A DNA stretch of 64,000 nucleotides from assembly GCA_050950765.1 (NCBI GenBank), contig JBMNIF010000003.1, forward strand, positions 384,001 through 448,000, read 5' to 3'. The notes below the pieces were generated by a model. It worked only from the letters and a program-made list of their open reading frames with translations, did not search any database and had not been told where the DNA came from. Positions 21,308-31,055 of the stretch are shown in pieces (position 1 is the first letter of the stretch; each line of letters opens with the position of its first letter). Made by a program: the position numbers and the translations under genes. This DNA is from Bdellovibrionota bacterium. Lineage in GTDB: Bacteria > Bdellovibrionota_C > UBA2361 > JAAYZI01.

Positions 21308-21342
21308 CGAAGCGTTGGGTTGAGCCACAAATACGAGATGAG

Positions 21343-22305
21343 GTGATAGATTTTGTACATGAATGGCAAGAGAAATCAGAAATGAAGCGGGAGATGTTTA
21401 TAAAGAGGTTAGGGATAACACGGAGCAAGTACTATGCTTGGGAAAAACATTACGGTAAAGAGAACTTTCATAACGGGCTAATTCCGAGAGATTACTGGCT
21501 ATTACCCAGTGAAAGGGAGGCTATTATTAAGTATTATTTAGAGCACTCAAGAGTAGGTTATCGAGCATTAACATACATGATGCTTGACGCAGATGTTGTG
21601 GCAGTATCCCCTGCGACGACCTATAGAGTATTGAAAAGTGCTGGCTTAATGCGTTGCTGGAATGGTTTAAAAAGCAAGAAAGGGACAGGATTTGAACAAC
21701 CACTTAACCCGCATGAACATTGGCATACGGATGTTTCATATATCAATATTTGTGGCACATTTTACTATTTTATTGGAGTTTTGGATGGATGTAGTCGGTA
21801 TTTAGTTGCATGGGACATTAGAGAATCGATGAAAGAAATAGATATTGAAGTAGTATTACAAAAGGCTAGAGAAAGTTTTCCAGACGCAAGACCGCGAATT
21901 ATTTCAGATAACGGTTCAGCCTATATTTCAAAAGAGTTTAAGAATTTTATAAAGATATCTGGTATGACTCACGTCAAGACATCACCGTTCTATCCACAAT
22001 CGAACGGTAAGATGGAGAGATTTAATGGGACATTAAAAGTAGAAGCGATACGACCTAACACTCCAGTATCACTTGATGATGCGAAAACTATAGTGAGTAA
22101 GTTTGTCGAAGAATATAACAATCAGCGGTTACATTGTGCGCTAGGTTATATAACACCAAATGATAGATTGAATAACAAGCAAGAGGAGATATTTAGAGCT
22201 CGAGACAGCAAATTGGAAGCTGCTAGAGCACATCGCAAGTTAGTAAGAGAGGGGTACCCCTCTCTTACTAACTACAACATTGAACAACAAGCTCAGGTGT
22301 GTTAA
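21343..22305 (+). CDS. IS3 OrfB (rve integrase core), fused to OrfA by -1 frameshift
   Basis: WHTDVSY, ISDNGS, PQSNGKMER, YNNQRLHCALGY; lies in the -1 frame relative to OrfA. Confidence 0.93.
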   Translation: MIDFVHEWQEKSEMKREMFIKRLGITRSKYYAWEKHYGKENFHNGLIPRDYWLLPSEREAIIKYYLEHSRVGYRALTYMMLDADVVAVSPATTYRVLKSAGLMRCWNGLKSKKGTGFEQPLNPHEHWHTDVSYINICGTFYYFIGVLDGCSRYLVAWDIRESMKEIDIEVVLQKARESFPDARPRIISDNGSAYISKEFKNFIKISGMTHVKTSPFYPQSNGKMERFNGTLKVEAIRPNTPVSLDDAKTIVSKFVEEYNNQRLHCALGYITPNDRLNNKQEEIFRARDSKLEAARAHRKLVREGYPSLTNYNIEQQAQVC

Positions 22306-22837
22306 CTAGGGTTTTGTGGCATGACAAAAGTCCATTTCCATCAGAGGCAGAACAAATCTTTTTTTTCTGGAATTGGAATTGAAATATTTATTAAAGCCAT
22401 TTTGTGTCCTATTTTTTACTGTCCCGTAGACTACGGAAACATGTCTACAGAACAAAAAATGTCAATGGTTTTTTAAAAACTTTCATAAAAACTTAATTAA
22501 ATAAATATGTTGGAGGAAATATAATATTAGAAAATCTAAATATGAAATTAAATTATTGATATGGACTACATAAAAAACGGGAATTTAGGTATTTTTTAAC
22601 TTTTAGACTATCTCAGAACGCCTTCTTCTTTAAAAGCATTGCAGACTTTCTGTCGACGCTGCAATTGATGAGCTAAAAATTTTTTACTCCGACTCCTAAA
22701 AAGGGGTGGAAAAATTCTGTCCTCACTTCTTAACTCAAAATCAAGGAAATTTGTTAAAATTATTTAAAAATTCATTCTAAAAAAGTATCTGCACTCGAAG
22801 GACATGATATATCAATACACTTTAACGAACTCGGTTA

Positions 22838-24622
22838 TTATGCACCCCCTGTTAAGCGTGCCCTGATTGCAAACTGTTTAGCCAGTTCAGATTCTCCTTT
22901 TGCTTCATAGACTGCACTTAATATCTGCAATCCATTTACATACTCCGGAGTATTCTCCTTGCCGTCAGTCGATGCCAAGATATAACCGAGAGCATAAAGA
23001 GTTAATTTTTCAGCGCGATCCTCAAAGCCATTCTCAAGAAAAGCCTGCACGCGCGCTTGCCAATTATCTATTCGCAAAAATCCTTTCCTATCTGCAAAAT
23101 CTTCTTCCGTTAAGACTGAAACTTCTTCAGCATCTTCTTCAACCGTCTCTTCCGCAGTAGAAGTTGAGGTAGAGAATGAATCTTCGTCTTCAACTTCTTC
23201 ATGTATTTCATTAGGATCTAATCCCACAGGAGCACCATCAATAGCGGCGACAGAGGTCATAAGAATTTCTTCTGCCGTTAACTCTTTTTCTTCAGGTTCT
23301 TTTTTATCCGTTGATACTGCTTCTTCCTCTACGGGGATCTCCACTTTCGGCACCTCAAAGGGGGCCTTATCATTTAAGAATTGAAGAGCATAAGATCTGC
23401 ACGCCGTAAAAACTGGAGAGATATAAACTGATCCATCAAAGGCTCGTACAATATCTACAATAAAAGGCAGTAGCGTTCCTCCAAACTTAGTATCGAGATT
23501 ATCCATATCTTCTAAAAACATCTCCTGTCTTTTTTTAGCATCGCCGCGGTCACCGCTCTGCACCATCGCCAGATCTCGATCGTAATCTCCTACGTATTTA
23601 TCTGTATAAAGCCTAGAAAATGTTTCCTTACAATTTTGAACCTCTTTTTCAGCAACTTCTCCCTGCTTTTCCAACAAAGAAATTGATCTTTTATAAATCC
23701 ACATCGCTATTTCTGGTTCCAACAATTTATTAACCCAGCTAGCTGCCGTTCTAAAAGAATCAATTGCTCTACTTATATCTTTTTGGTCTTCACAATATTG
23801 AGCAAAGAAGCAGAGGCTATCGATAGTTTCGTCGGCATCCATACCATACAACCCTTGCACTAACTCCACGCCCCATTCCATATTGATTAAAGATTGTCTG
23901 GCGTCATTCTTATCTCGATAAATCGCCGTTAACACATTGATGCAAGCGATAAATAACGGAGAGATCTCCATATTAAAATGTTCGCGCATCGCCAAGACTG
24001 ATTGTAAAACTTTTTCGGCATCTTCTGCTTTATTACTCAAAAAATAAGCGAACCCGACCTTTGCTTGCACATAAGCAAGTTGTGTATAGTCTCCCATCGT
24101 CATATTGTCGGTGTTAATCTCTTGTGCAGCTTCAATATAATAATCGATAGCTTCGTCATATTTTTCTTGCGAAAAAGAAATTTCAGCGAAGCACAACGAC
24201 AATCCAATTTTAAATATCTTTACGATATCAGAGCTTCCGGAGATATTTTTTCTGACTTTACTATAATGCAAACAAGCCTCATCTATCCGTCCCCCCTGCA
24301 ACGCCACAAGAGCCATTGCGCACGTTGTCCCGTAAGAAAGGATCTGTAAAAGATCCTCGTCCAGCACCATATCGGTGTACTGTTTTGCTGTTTTAACATG
24401 TGCCGTCGCTTCTTGAGTGTTCCCCCCCAGCAACTCTGCCAACCCAAGAAGTGATGTGACAGGTGCCATATATTCAGGCATTTTAGCAAACTTACCGCTG
24501 CACAATTCTTTTAATTCATTCAGCTGTACCAGTGCAGTAGAGACATCCCGTCTAGAGACTGCTTCTAAAGCGTTACTATATTGATCGAGCCACGTCAGAT
24601 CGTTTCCGGTAAGATTGCTCAT
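22838..24622 (-). CDS. TPR-like helical repeat protein with acidic low-complexity region
   Basis: Repeated patterns such as YDEAIDYY and AEDAEKVLQSVL; E/D-rich segment near the C-terminus. Confidence 0.75.
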   Translation of the reverse strand: MSNLTGNDLTWLDQYSNALEAVSRRDVSTALVQLNELKELCSGKFAKMPEYMAPVTSLLGLAELLGGNTQEATAHVKTAKQYTDMVLDEDLLQILSYGTTCAMALVALQGGRIDEACLHYSKVRKNISGSSDIVKIFKIGLSLCFAEISFSQEKYDEAIDYYIEAAQEINTDNMTMGDYTQLAYVQAKVGFAYFLSNKAEDAEKVLQSVLAMREHFNMEISPLFIACINVLTAIYRDKNDARQSLINMEWGVELVQGLYGMDADETIDSLCFFAQYCEDQKDISRAIDSFRTAASWVNKLLEPEIAMWIYKRSISLLEKQGEVAEKEVQNCKETFSRLYTDKYVGDYDRDLAMVQSGDRGDAKKRQEMFLEDMDNLDTKFGGTLLPFIVDIVRAFDGSVYISPVFTACRSYALQFLNDKAPFEVPKVEIPVEEEAVSTDKKEPEEKELTAEEILMTSVAAIDGAPVGLDPNEIHEEVEDEDSFSTSTSTAEETVEEDAEEVSVLTEEDFADRKGFLRIDNWQARVQAFLENGFEDRAEKLTLYALGYILASTDGKENTPEYVNGLQILSAVYEAKGESELAKQFAIRARLTGGA

Positions 24623-24726
24623 AACTATGCTCCAAGAGATTTTTCGTTATAAGAGAGATAACAACACTACACTAGGTAGATGCTTGAAATATTTACATCG
24701 ATGCAGCTTTTGCACGCAGGCACAAT

Positions 24727-26135
24727 GTGGTGCCACCCTTCAGGGACAGCTGGGCAGGCTGATACGGCAAAACAGATCGGTTAGGTTTCTACGGAGGTTA
24801 AAAGTGGGTGTCCTAATTGGGGGCTAGATCTCGACGGAGGTTAAAAATTTGGCAGCAAGACGGGTGACGAATTTGGTGCCACCCTTCTTTGTTGCAGGCT
24901 GTCGCTGGTGCCACCCTTCAGCGCCGCAGACGCTTTGCAAATAGGACACCCAAACTTCAAAATCACAACATCTAATAATATCAAGATGTTAGCAAAAGTT
25001 TAAAATTCGACAGATCTGGTGCCACCCTTCAGTGACGCTTGAACGGAGGTTAAAAGTGGGTGTCCTAATTGGGCAGATCTGGTGCCACCCAACAAGATGC
25101 TCCCTCCACTTCTCAGGGGCGCTTGAACGGGCTGAAACTGTAGAACAGATCAGCTGGATCTTCACAGGGGTGAAAAGTGGGTGTCCTAATTGGCAGTGTC
25201 GACGGAGGTTAAAAATTTGGCAGCAAGACGGGTGACGAATTTGGTGCCACCCTTCTTTGTTGCAGGCTGTCGCTGGTGCCACCCACCAGCGCCGCAGACG
25301 CTTTGCAAATAGGACACCCAAACTTCAAAATCACAACATCTAATAATATCAAGATGTTAGCAAAAGTTTAAAATTCGACAGATCTGGTGCCACCCACCAA
25401 TAAGACGCGATCTGCTAGATTTGGACGGCTTTGGTTTCCACCCACCAATAAGACGGGATCTGCTAGATTTGGACGGCTTTGGTTTTGGCGCCACCCTTCA
25501 AGGACAACTGACCACCCACCAGTGCAGTTAAAAATTTGGTGCCACCCACCAGTGCAGAATCTTGGTTTAAAAGGATGAAGTCTTTAAAATCAATATGTTA
25601 GCACCTAACTAAAGATGGTTAGTTTTGGTGCCACCCAACAGCAAGACGGGATCTGTTGGATTTGGGTGGCTTTGGATCTGGTGCCACCCTTCAAGGACAA
25701 CTGAACGGGCTGCAACTAAAAATCAGATCAGCTAGATCTTCACGGAGGTTAAAAAGTGGGTGTCCTAATTAGCAGTGACGGCTGAATGGGCTGATGCTAA
25801 AAATCGAAGTAGCTAGATCTGGACGGAGGTTAAAAATTTGGAAAATTTGGTGCCACCCACCAGTGCAGAATCTTGGTTTAAAAGGATGAAGTCTTTAAAA
25901 TCAATATGTTAGCACCTAACTAAAGATGGTTAGCTTTGGTGCCACCCACCAGTAAGACGGGATCTGTTGGATTTGGGCGGCTTTGGATCTGGTGCCACCC
26001 AACAGCAAGACGGGATCTGTTGGATTTGGACGGCTTTGGTTTTGGTGCCACCCTTCAAGGACAACTGAATGGGCTGATACTAAAAATCGAAGCAGCTAGT
26101 TCTCGACGGAGGTAAAAAGTGCCACCCAGCAGTGC
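24727..26135 (+). repeat. Mosaic repeat field 2
   Basis: About 15 exact cores plus variants; internal duplications 24831-25027/25199-25395 and about 25531-25637/25842-25948. Confidence 0.92.
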
Positions 26136-26216
26136 AGAGCGGGAATCAGTAGTTAATCAATTTCTCAGATAATTTAGATAATTTACTGTTACAAAATAGC
26201 TAGCTATTTCAAAATG

Positions 26217-27254
26217 TTATGCAGCGGCGTTCTCACTTAAAGCTTTTCGTAGCGTTTGTCCGAGAGAAAAAAGCTGGCTAGGGTTTTTAGGTTTACCATC
26301 CACCCGTACTTCGTAGTGCAGGTGTGGACCTGTTGAACGTCCTGAAGATCCAGAAAGCGCGATAATATCACGAGCTGTTACTTTATCGCCTCTTTTAACA
26401 AGCATCTTTGAAAGGTGAGCGTAACGGGTCATAACTCTATCAGTATGCTTAATATCAATGTAATAACCGTACGTGTTGCTGTATTTTACATTAGAGACAA
26501 CACCATCAGCAGTAGCATAAACAGCAGAGCCAACCTTTAATGAAAAATCAACTCCTTGATGTACACGCCACCTCTTACTAAACGGTGAGAACCTAGCACC
26601 AAAAAGAGATGTCACCTTACCATTTGAAGGATAATTGAATGGGATTGCCCGAATAGCAGCGATATATTGATCCAAAAACTCTGCGGTTTTTACACTCTTT
26701 GAAGTTACAGGTAATTTTAGAAGAGCATCTTTACTGTCAGCATCCCAATTTTCCGAAGCAACTATTTTAACACAACTCTTTTTGCCACTCTTTTTACTGG
26801 CGCTAACACAATCTATCTCTAAGCCACCAACTCCCCCTTTGGTAACCTTATCAGAGAGACCAAGAGCATTTAAATCTTTATCCTGAATAACACCTAGATT
26901 TTTAGCCGAATACAGCACTTCATTTAACTTTTTCAAGCGCTGCTCTACCTCTTTCTTATACTCTTCAGCTTGTACGTTTTTATTTTTTAATCCACGAACC
27001 TTCTGTTGCAAGTTCTTATTGGTACGGTGCAAGGTATCCCGTTCAGATTTTAACTTGAGCATTGAAAAGTAATTACCGCCTTGACGGAAACGCAATCTAG
27101 CGTAGTCGCTCACCACGTAGAGACCAGCCAAAGCCACAACAACCACTAATAGCGCTAATCCAAGCACTTTTAAGAAACAAACTCTAAGTTTTCTAACCTT
27201 TCCACATTTAGTTGAAACCAACCAAATGCAGAAATCATTATCAAGACGTCCCAT
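26217..27254 (-). CDS. M23 peptidase with N-terminal TM and coiled coil
   Basis: HQGVD, YAHLS, STGPHLHYE. Confidence 0.9.
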   Translation of the reverse strand: MGRLDNDFCIWLVSTKCGKVRKLRVCFLKVLGLALLVVVVALAGLYVVSDYARLRFRQGGNYFSMLKLKSERDTLHRTNKNLQQKVRGLKNKNVQAEEYKKEVEQRLKKLNEVLYSAKNLGVIQDKDLNALGLSDKVTKGGVGGLEIDCVSASKKSGKKSCVKIVASENWDADSKDALLKLPVTSKSVKTAEFLDQYIAAIRAIPFNYPSNGKVTSLFGARFSPFSKRWRVHQGVDFSLKVGSAVYATADGVVSNVKYSNTYGYYIDIKHTDRVMTRYAHLSKMLVKRGDKVTARDIIALSGSSGRSTGPHLHYEVRVDGKPKNPSQLFSLGQTLRKALSENAAA

Positions 27255-27474
27255 AATCAGAACCGAACATACGCCCTTAAGATGAGTAGCGCTTCAAAAA
27301 AAAGAAGAAGCTTTATATAACTCAATCAAGGCAACAACAGGAGCGTAGCATACGAAAAAACTCCATTTTGGTCAAACTAACAAAATCCAACAATATCTCT
27401 ACGACCATAAAAAATAGAACACTATATTGACAAATAAAACACAACACATTAATCAAAACATTAAAAATATCTTA

Positions 27475-29118
27475 TTACAATCCCAAAAGTTCTTTGGCAG
27501 ACTCTCTCGTAGCAGCAGTTATCTTATAACCTGCTAACATTCTTGCAATTTCATTAACCCTCTCATCCCCCGAAATCTCTCGAATCTTAGTTTTCGTACG
27601 CTCCCCCACCACCTTTTCTACTAGTAAGTGATGATCCCCCAAAGATGCTACTTGTGCAAGATGCGTAATACACAACACCTGTGAATGCTCACTCAAGCTC
27701 TTCAACTTATCTCCTACTGCTCTGGCCACACTGCCAGAAATACCAGAATCAACCTCATCAAAGATCAACACATTAACGCCACTACGATCTCGTAAAATCT
27801 TTTTAAGCACCAACATAATCCTCGAAAGCTCTCCACCTGAAGCTACCGACCGCAGCGGCTTGCACGGCTCCCCTTTATTTGTGCTGATCATCATCTCCAA
27901 TCTATCTTTCCCCGAAGGTGTAAGCTCCCCCTCAGAGATCACAACCTCTAACTTAGCTTCTGGCATATTTAGCTCTTTCAATTCACTAACAACCTGCTTA
28001 GCCAACGAGGCAGCCGCCTTCTTGCGCTTCCCCGAAAGCTCATCAGCCAACTTCGAAACAACTTTCTTCTTCTCGTCAACACCACTCCTTAAACGCTCAA
28101 AAGATTCCGGATCACTAATCTCATTAAGCTCCTTTTCCACACTCCCTTTTAACGCCGCCAGATCCGCATCGTTACACCGATACTTCCTCTCTAACCTCGC
28201 CACTTCCGCCAAATGATCCCTCTTACTATCTAATTCCTTTTGATCAACATCAATCGAAGAAACATAGTCACTAAGCGCTGCTTCAAAAATATGTAGAGCC
28301 TCTAAAGCAGCATCAGCCAACCCCTCTACCTCTGAAGCCCCCTCATCCAATTTACTCAGACTTGTTGCCATCTTTATAAGTTTTGAAAACTGCTCATAGA
28401 TCCCACCTTCATCATTTAACAACTGCCCAATCTGCGCAGATTCGGCAAGGATGCCTTCCGCATTCGCCATACGCCTAACAATATTTTCCAACTCCGCTCT
28501 AATACCAGCTCTTACCTCAACTTTTTTCAACTCCTCAAAGATATTCTCCAACTCCGCTCTACGAATGGCAGCGTGTTTCTGTTTTTGTGCAGCCTCCTCC
28601 AACTCCTTACAAGCTGCTTGCCAATCAACATAAGCTCCCCGATAACACTCAAGCAGTTCATCATTAGCCGCAAAACCATCTAACAACTCAAGGTGATAAC
28701 TCGGCTCTAATAAACGCACCTGCTGCCCCTGCCCACAGATATTAACTAAGCTAAGCGCAATCTCTTCAAGAAGAGAAACAGTCCCCAACCTTCCATTAAT
28801 ATAGATCTTGCCACGTCCTGCGCTATTCATACCACGCATCAAAAGCAACTCTTTCTCTTCGCCAACAATAGCAGGTAATGACGCTCTTAAACGTTCATCT
28901 AAAAAAGAGAGATCAAAAAGCGCCTCCACCTCCCAGCCGTCCGTGCCACTTCTTACATATTGCCCCTTAGGTCGCGCTCCAAGAATCAACTCCAACGCTT
29001 GTAACAACATCGATTTTCCAGAGCCAGTTTCCCCACTAATAACGTTCAACCCTGGTGTAAACGAGATATGCTCATCTTCAATGATCACAAAATTCTTAAT
29101 ATGCAGCTCCTGCAACAT
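27475..29118 (-). CDS. recN: DNA repair protein RecN
   Basis: GETGSGKS, ASGGELSR, IFDEVDSG, CITHLAQVA. Confidence 0.97.
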   Translation of the reverse strand: MLQELHIKNFVIIEDEHISFTPGLNVISGETGSGKSMLLQALELILGARPKGQYVRSGTDGWEVEALFDLSFLDERLRASLPAIVGEEKELLLMRGMNSAGRGKIYINGRLGTVSLLEEIALSLVNICGQGQQVRLLEPSYHLELLDGFAANDELLECYRGAYVDWQAACKELEEAAQKQKHAAIRRAELENIFEELKKVEVRAGIRAELENIVRRMANAEGILAESAQIGQLLNDEGGIYEQFSKLIKMATSLSKLDEGASEVEGLADAALEALHIFEAALSDYVSSIDVDQKELDSKRDHLAEVARLERKYRCNDADLAALKGSVEKELNEISDPESFERLRSGVDEKKKVVSKLADELSGKRKKAAASLAKQVVSELKELNMPEAKLEVVISEGELTPSGKDRLEMMISTNKGEPCKPLRSVASGGELSRIMLVLKKILRDRSGVNVLIFDEVDSGISGSVARAVGDKLKSLSEHSQVLCITHLAQVASLGDHHLLVEKVVGERTKTKIREISGDERVNEIARMLAGYKITAATRESAKELLGL

Positions 29119-29229
29119 TTTTTTCCTTTTCCTAACCGATTTTAATTACCTTACCCGAAACACTTGCAACCCTTGCAACATTTTTTTCCTTTTCTAACCG
29201 ATCTCAAACTATCTTACCCGAAACACTTG
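29111..29229 (-). repeat. 63-bp-period tandem duplication covering the recN leader and start codon
   Basis: TGCAACATTTTTTTCCTTTT...CTTACCCGAAACACTTG at 29111 and 29174. Confidence 0.85.
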
Positions 29230-29312
29230 AAGCTCCTATTTCCCTCTCTCTCCTTTCCCAACCGGTCTCAATTCCCCTTCTCTAAATCTTACACACTTTC
29301 CGCAACTTTATT

Positions 29313-30182
29313 TTATCCTGCACAATTAGGTGCGCCCCAATTTAATTTATTACGCAATATCTTAAAATATCCCTCCTTTGAAGATTTAACTAACTTCACT
29401 GTAAGATCAGATCCTGAAATTTTAATACAATCTCCACCCTGTACAGGGACCGTTTTTTGACCGTCTGCAATAAGTATTAAACTTTTCTCCAAAGGTAGCT
29501 CCACACTTAATTTACAGTGCGCCGGAAGAATTACAGGACGACTGGTTAAAGAATGCGGACAGATCGGTGTAATAAGAATTGCATTTAAAGCTGGATGTAC
29601 TATGGAACCACCCGCAGAAAGAGAATAAGCAGTAGAGCCTGTCGGAGTAGCAAAAACAACACCGTCTCCACGCGTACTTAAAAAAGGTTGGTCATCAAGT
29701 GAAACAACAAGATCTACTATCTGTTCTCCAGCATCCTTTTGAATAAAAACATCATTTAAAAACGGAACTGTAAATATTAAATCTCCATCCCTACAAACTT
29801 GCAGAGTTAGCATATTCCTTTCATCGTGTTGTGCTTTAGCATTATAAAGATCATCCAAACACGAGATCAGATCTTCCGGCGCAATCTCCGTAAGAAATCC
29901 AAGCCTGCCAAAATTTACAGCAACAAACTTAGGTCCATCACGTCGCGTATATTTAGCAACACTTAAAAGGGTACCATCCCCACCCAAAGTAATAACAACA
30001 TCACTTTGCTGTACCAACTCAACTGTATCTTTAATCTCTATTGAATTATAAGAGTCTAAACTTTCAGCAGCTTTAGGTTCAAAGAGAAACCTTACCTCAC
30101 GCTCCTTACCCCACTCTATGATAGCAGCCAGCAGAGTTTGCGACTCCTCAGATACTGACTTTAAAACTAATCCTATAATCAT
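29313..30182 (-). CDS. nadK: NAD kinase
   Basis: LGGDGT, GRLGFL, LND, ATPTGSTAYSLSAGG, PICPH; adjacent to recN. Confidence 0.96.
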   Translation of the reverse strand: MIIGLVLKSVSEESQTLLAAIIEWGKEREVRFLFEPKAAESLDSYNSIEIKDTVELVQQSDVVITLGGDGTLLSVAKYTRRDGPKFVAVNFGRLGFLTEIAPEDLISCLDDLYNAKAQHDERNMLTLQVCRDGDLIFTVPFLNDVFIQKDAGEQIVDLVVSLDDQPFLSTRGDGVVFATPTGSTAYSLSAGGSIVHPALNAILITPICPHSLTSRPVILPAHCKLSVELPLEKSLILIADGQKTVPVQGGDCIKISGSDLTVKLVKSSKEGYFKILRNKLNWGAPNCAG

Positions 30183-30194
30183 TATTATTGCAGC

Positions 30195-30725
30195 TTATTC
30201 TATCTGCCATTGCTCGTTCGAAGGAATATCAAGCGATGCCTCAGCAGTATTTGTGCGCATTATATAACGTTTTATCTTCTCTCCAGCCATATCTCTGGTG
30301 ATAAATTCTTTACCAGCGACAGCAGAAGTAAATCGCCCCGGTCCCGCCGTGAAAGAATCATAAACAGAATCCCATTTCTCCTTATTTTCTTCAGAGAGGA
30401 CACTTCCGACCCCGATACTTTCATAGCCTGAGACATTTAAAACCACATTCCCGAGTGCCAAGATGGCATAAGGAGGAAAAACAACAATTGTGCCTACTTG
30501 CAGCATACTATTTCCTAAGCCATGCCCATAGAACCAGTTACCTGCAACATCCTTCATCATTTTCTGATTTTCTTCAGGAGGCAGAGGTTTTTGCGTTAAC
30601 ATTCCAGCAAGTTGCGGTTCTGCGCTATCTGTATTTTTTTTCTTAATCACAGAACAAGAAGATAGCAAACCAACTAGGATAAGTAGGAAACAGCCGACTG
30701 TAAAAACATTTTTAGTATCAGCCAT
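30195..30725 (-). CDS. Hypothetical lipoprotein
   Basis: ATG at 30725 with GAGG RBS; lipobox-like LSSC. Confidence 0.65.
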   Translation of the reverse strand: MADTKNVFTVGCFLLILVGLLSSCSVIKKKNTDSAEPQLAGMLTQKPLPPEENQKMMKDVAGNWFYGHGLGNSMLQVGTIVVFPPYAILALGNVVLNVSGYESIGVGSVLSEENKEKWDSVYDSFTAGPGRFTSAVAGKEFITRDMAGEKIKRYIMRTNTAEASLDIPSNEQWQIE

Positions 30726-31055
30726 TAATTCGTACCTCTGAAAAACCGCGGGGAGTATGTTTTTACCGCACACCCCCCTCTTTCACAAAGCCTTCTCTGC
30801 TTTAATCTAAATAAGATTTAGGTGCATTAATAAACAGCAACACAATCGATGCGTTATTAAGATCACCCATCCCAAAGAAGACTCGTTAGTCAAACAGGGA
30901 AAAACTCAAAAAAAAATCTACACTAATTATCACCGAAATTACCAATTTCGGAAAGATACAAAATAATGAAGAAATTCAACTTCTTTTCTTTATTGATCAT
31001 TCAGTAAAAAGGAAGTTCTAAAAAAGAATTTTGTCCTCTATCCATCCACGAAACA

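Larger units (their letters stand above)
20915..22354 (+). mobile_element. Complete IS3-family element
   Basis: TG...CA ends, 30-bp imperfect IR (22/30), 4-bp target duplication AATC at 20911-20914 and 22355-22358. Confidence 0.95.
19338..22400 (-). pseudogene. IS1634 transposase, split by the IS3 and carrying two homopolymer frameshifts
   Basis: YDVTS, GYNRD, LDRGF, YSRRDFIEKAF in 19474-20874; N-terminus MALINISIPIPEK at 22400; C-terminus ...QPLTKKQKDILEAL in another frame ending at 19338. Confidence 0.88.
19313..22589 (-). mobile_element. IS1634-family element interrupted by an IS3
   Basis: 18-bp perfect IR CCTAAATTCCCGTTTTTT at both ends; flanking direct repeat TATTTTT at 19306-19312 and 22590-22596. 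Confidence 0.92.

Noticed and set aside
22403..22413. AAATAGGACAC at the IS1634 RBS matching the second repeat motif
   Set aside because: An 11-bp match explained by the AGGA ribosome-binding site; the IS ends do not resemble the motifs.
24615..25578. Short ORFs within repeat fields (also 37881-38066)
   Set aside because: They are translations of the DNA motifs (WCHP, GWHQ, VGVLI) in several frames and both strands, with no consistent frame.
24727..26135. Repeat fields as CRISPR arrays
   Set aside because: The constant unit is only 10-11 bp, intervening segments vary from about 20 to over 100 bp and are reused rather than unique, and no cas genes are present.
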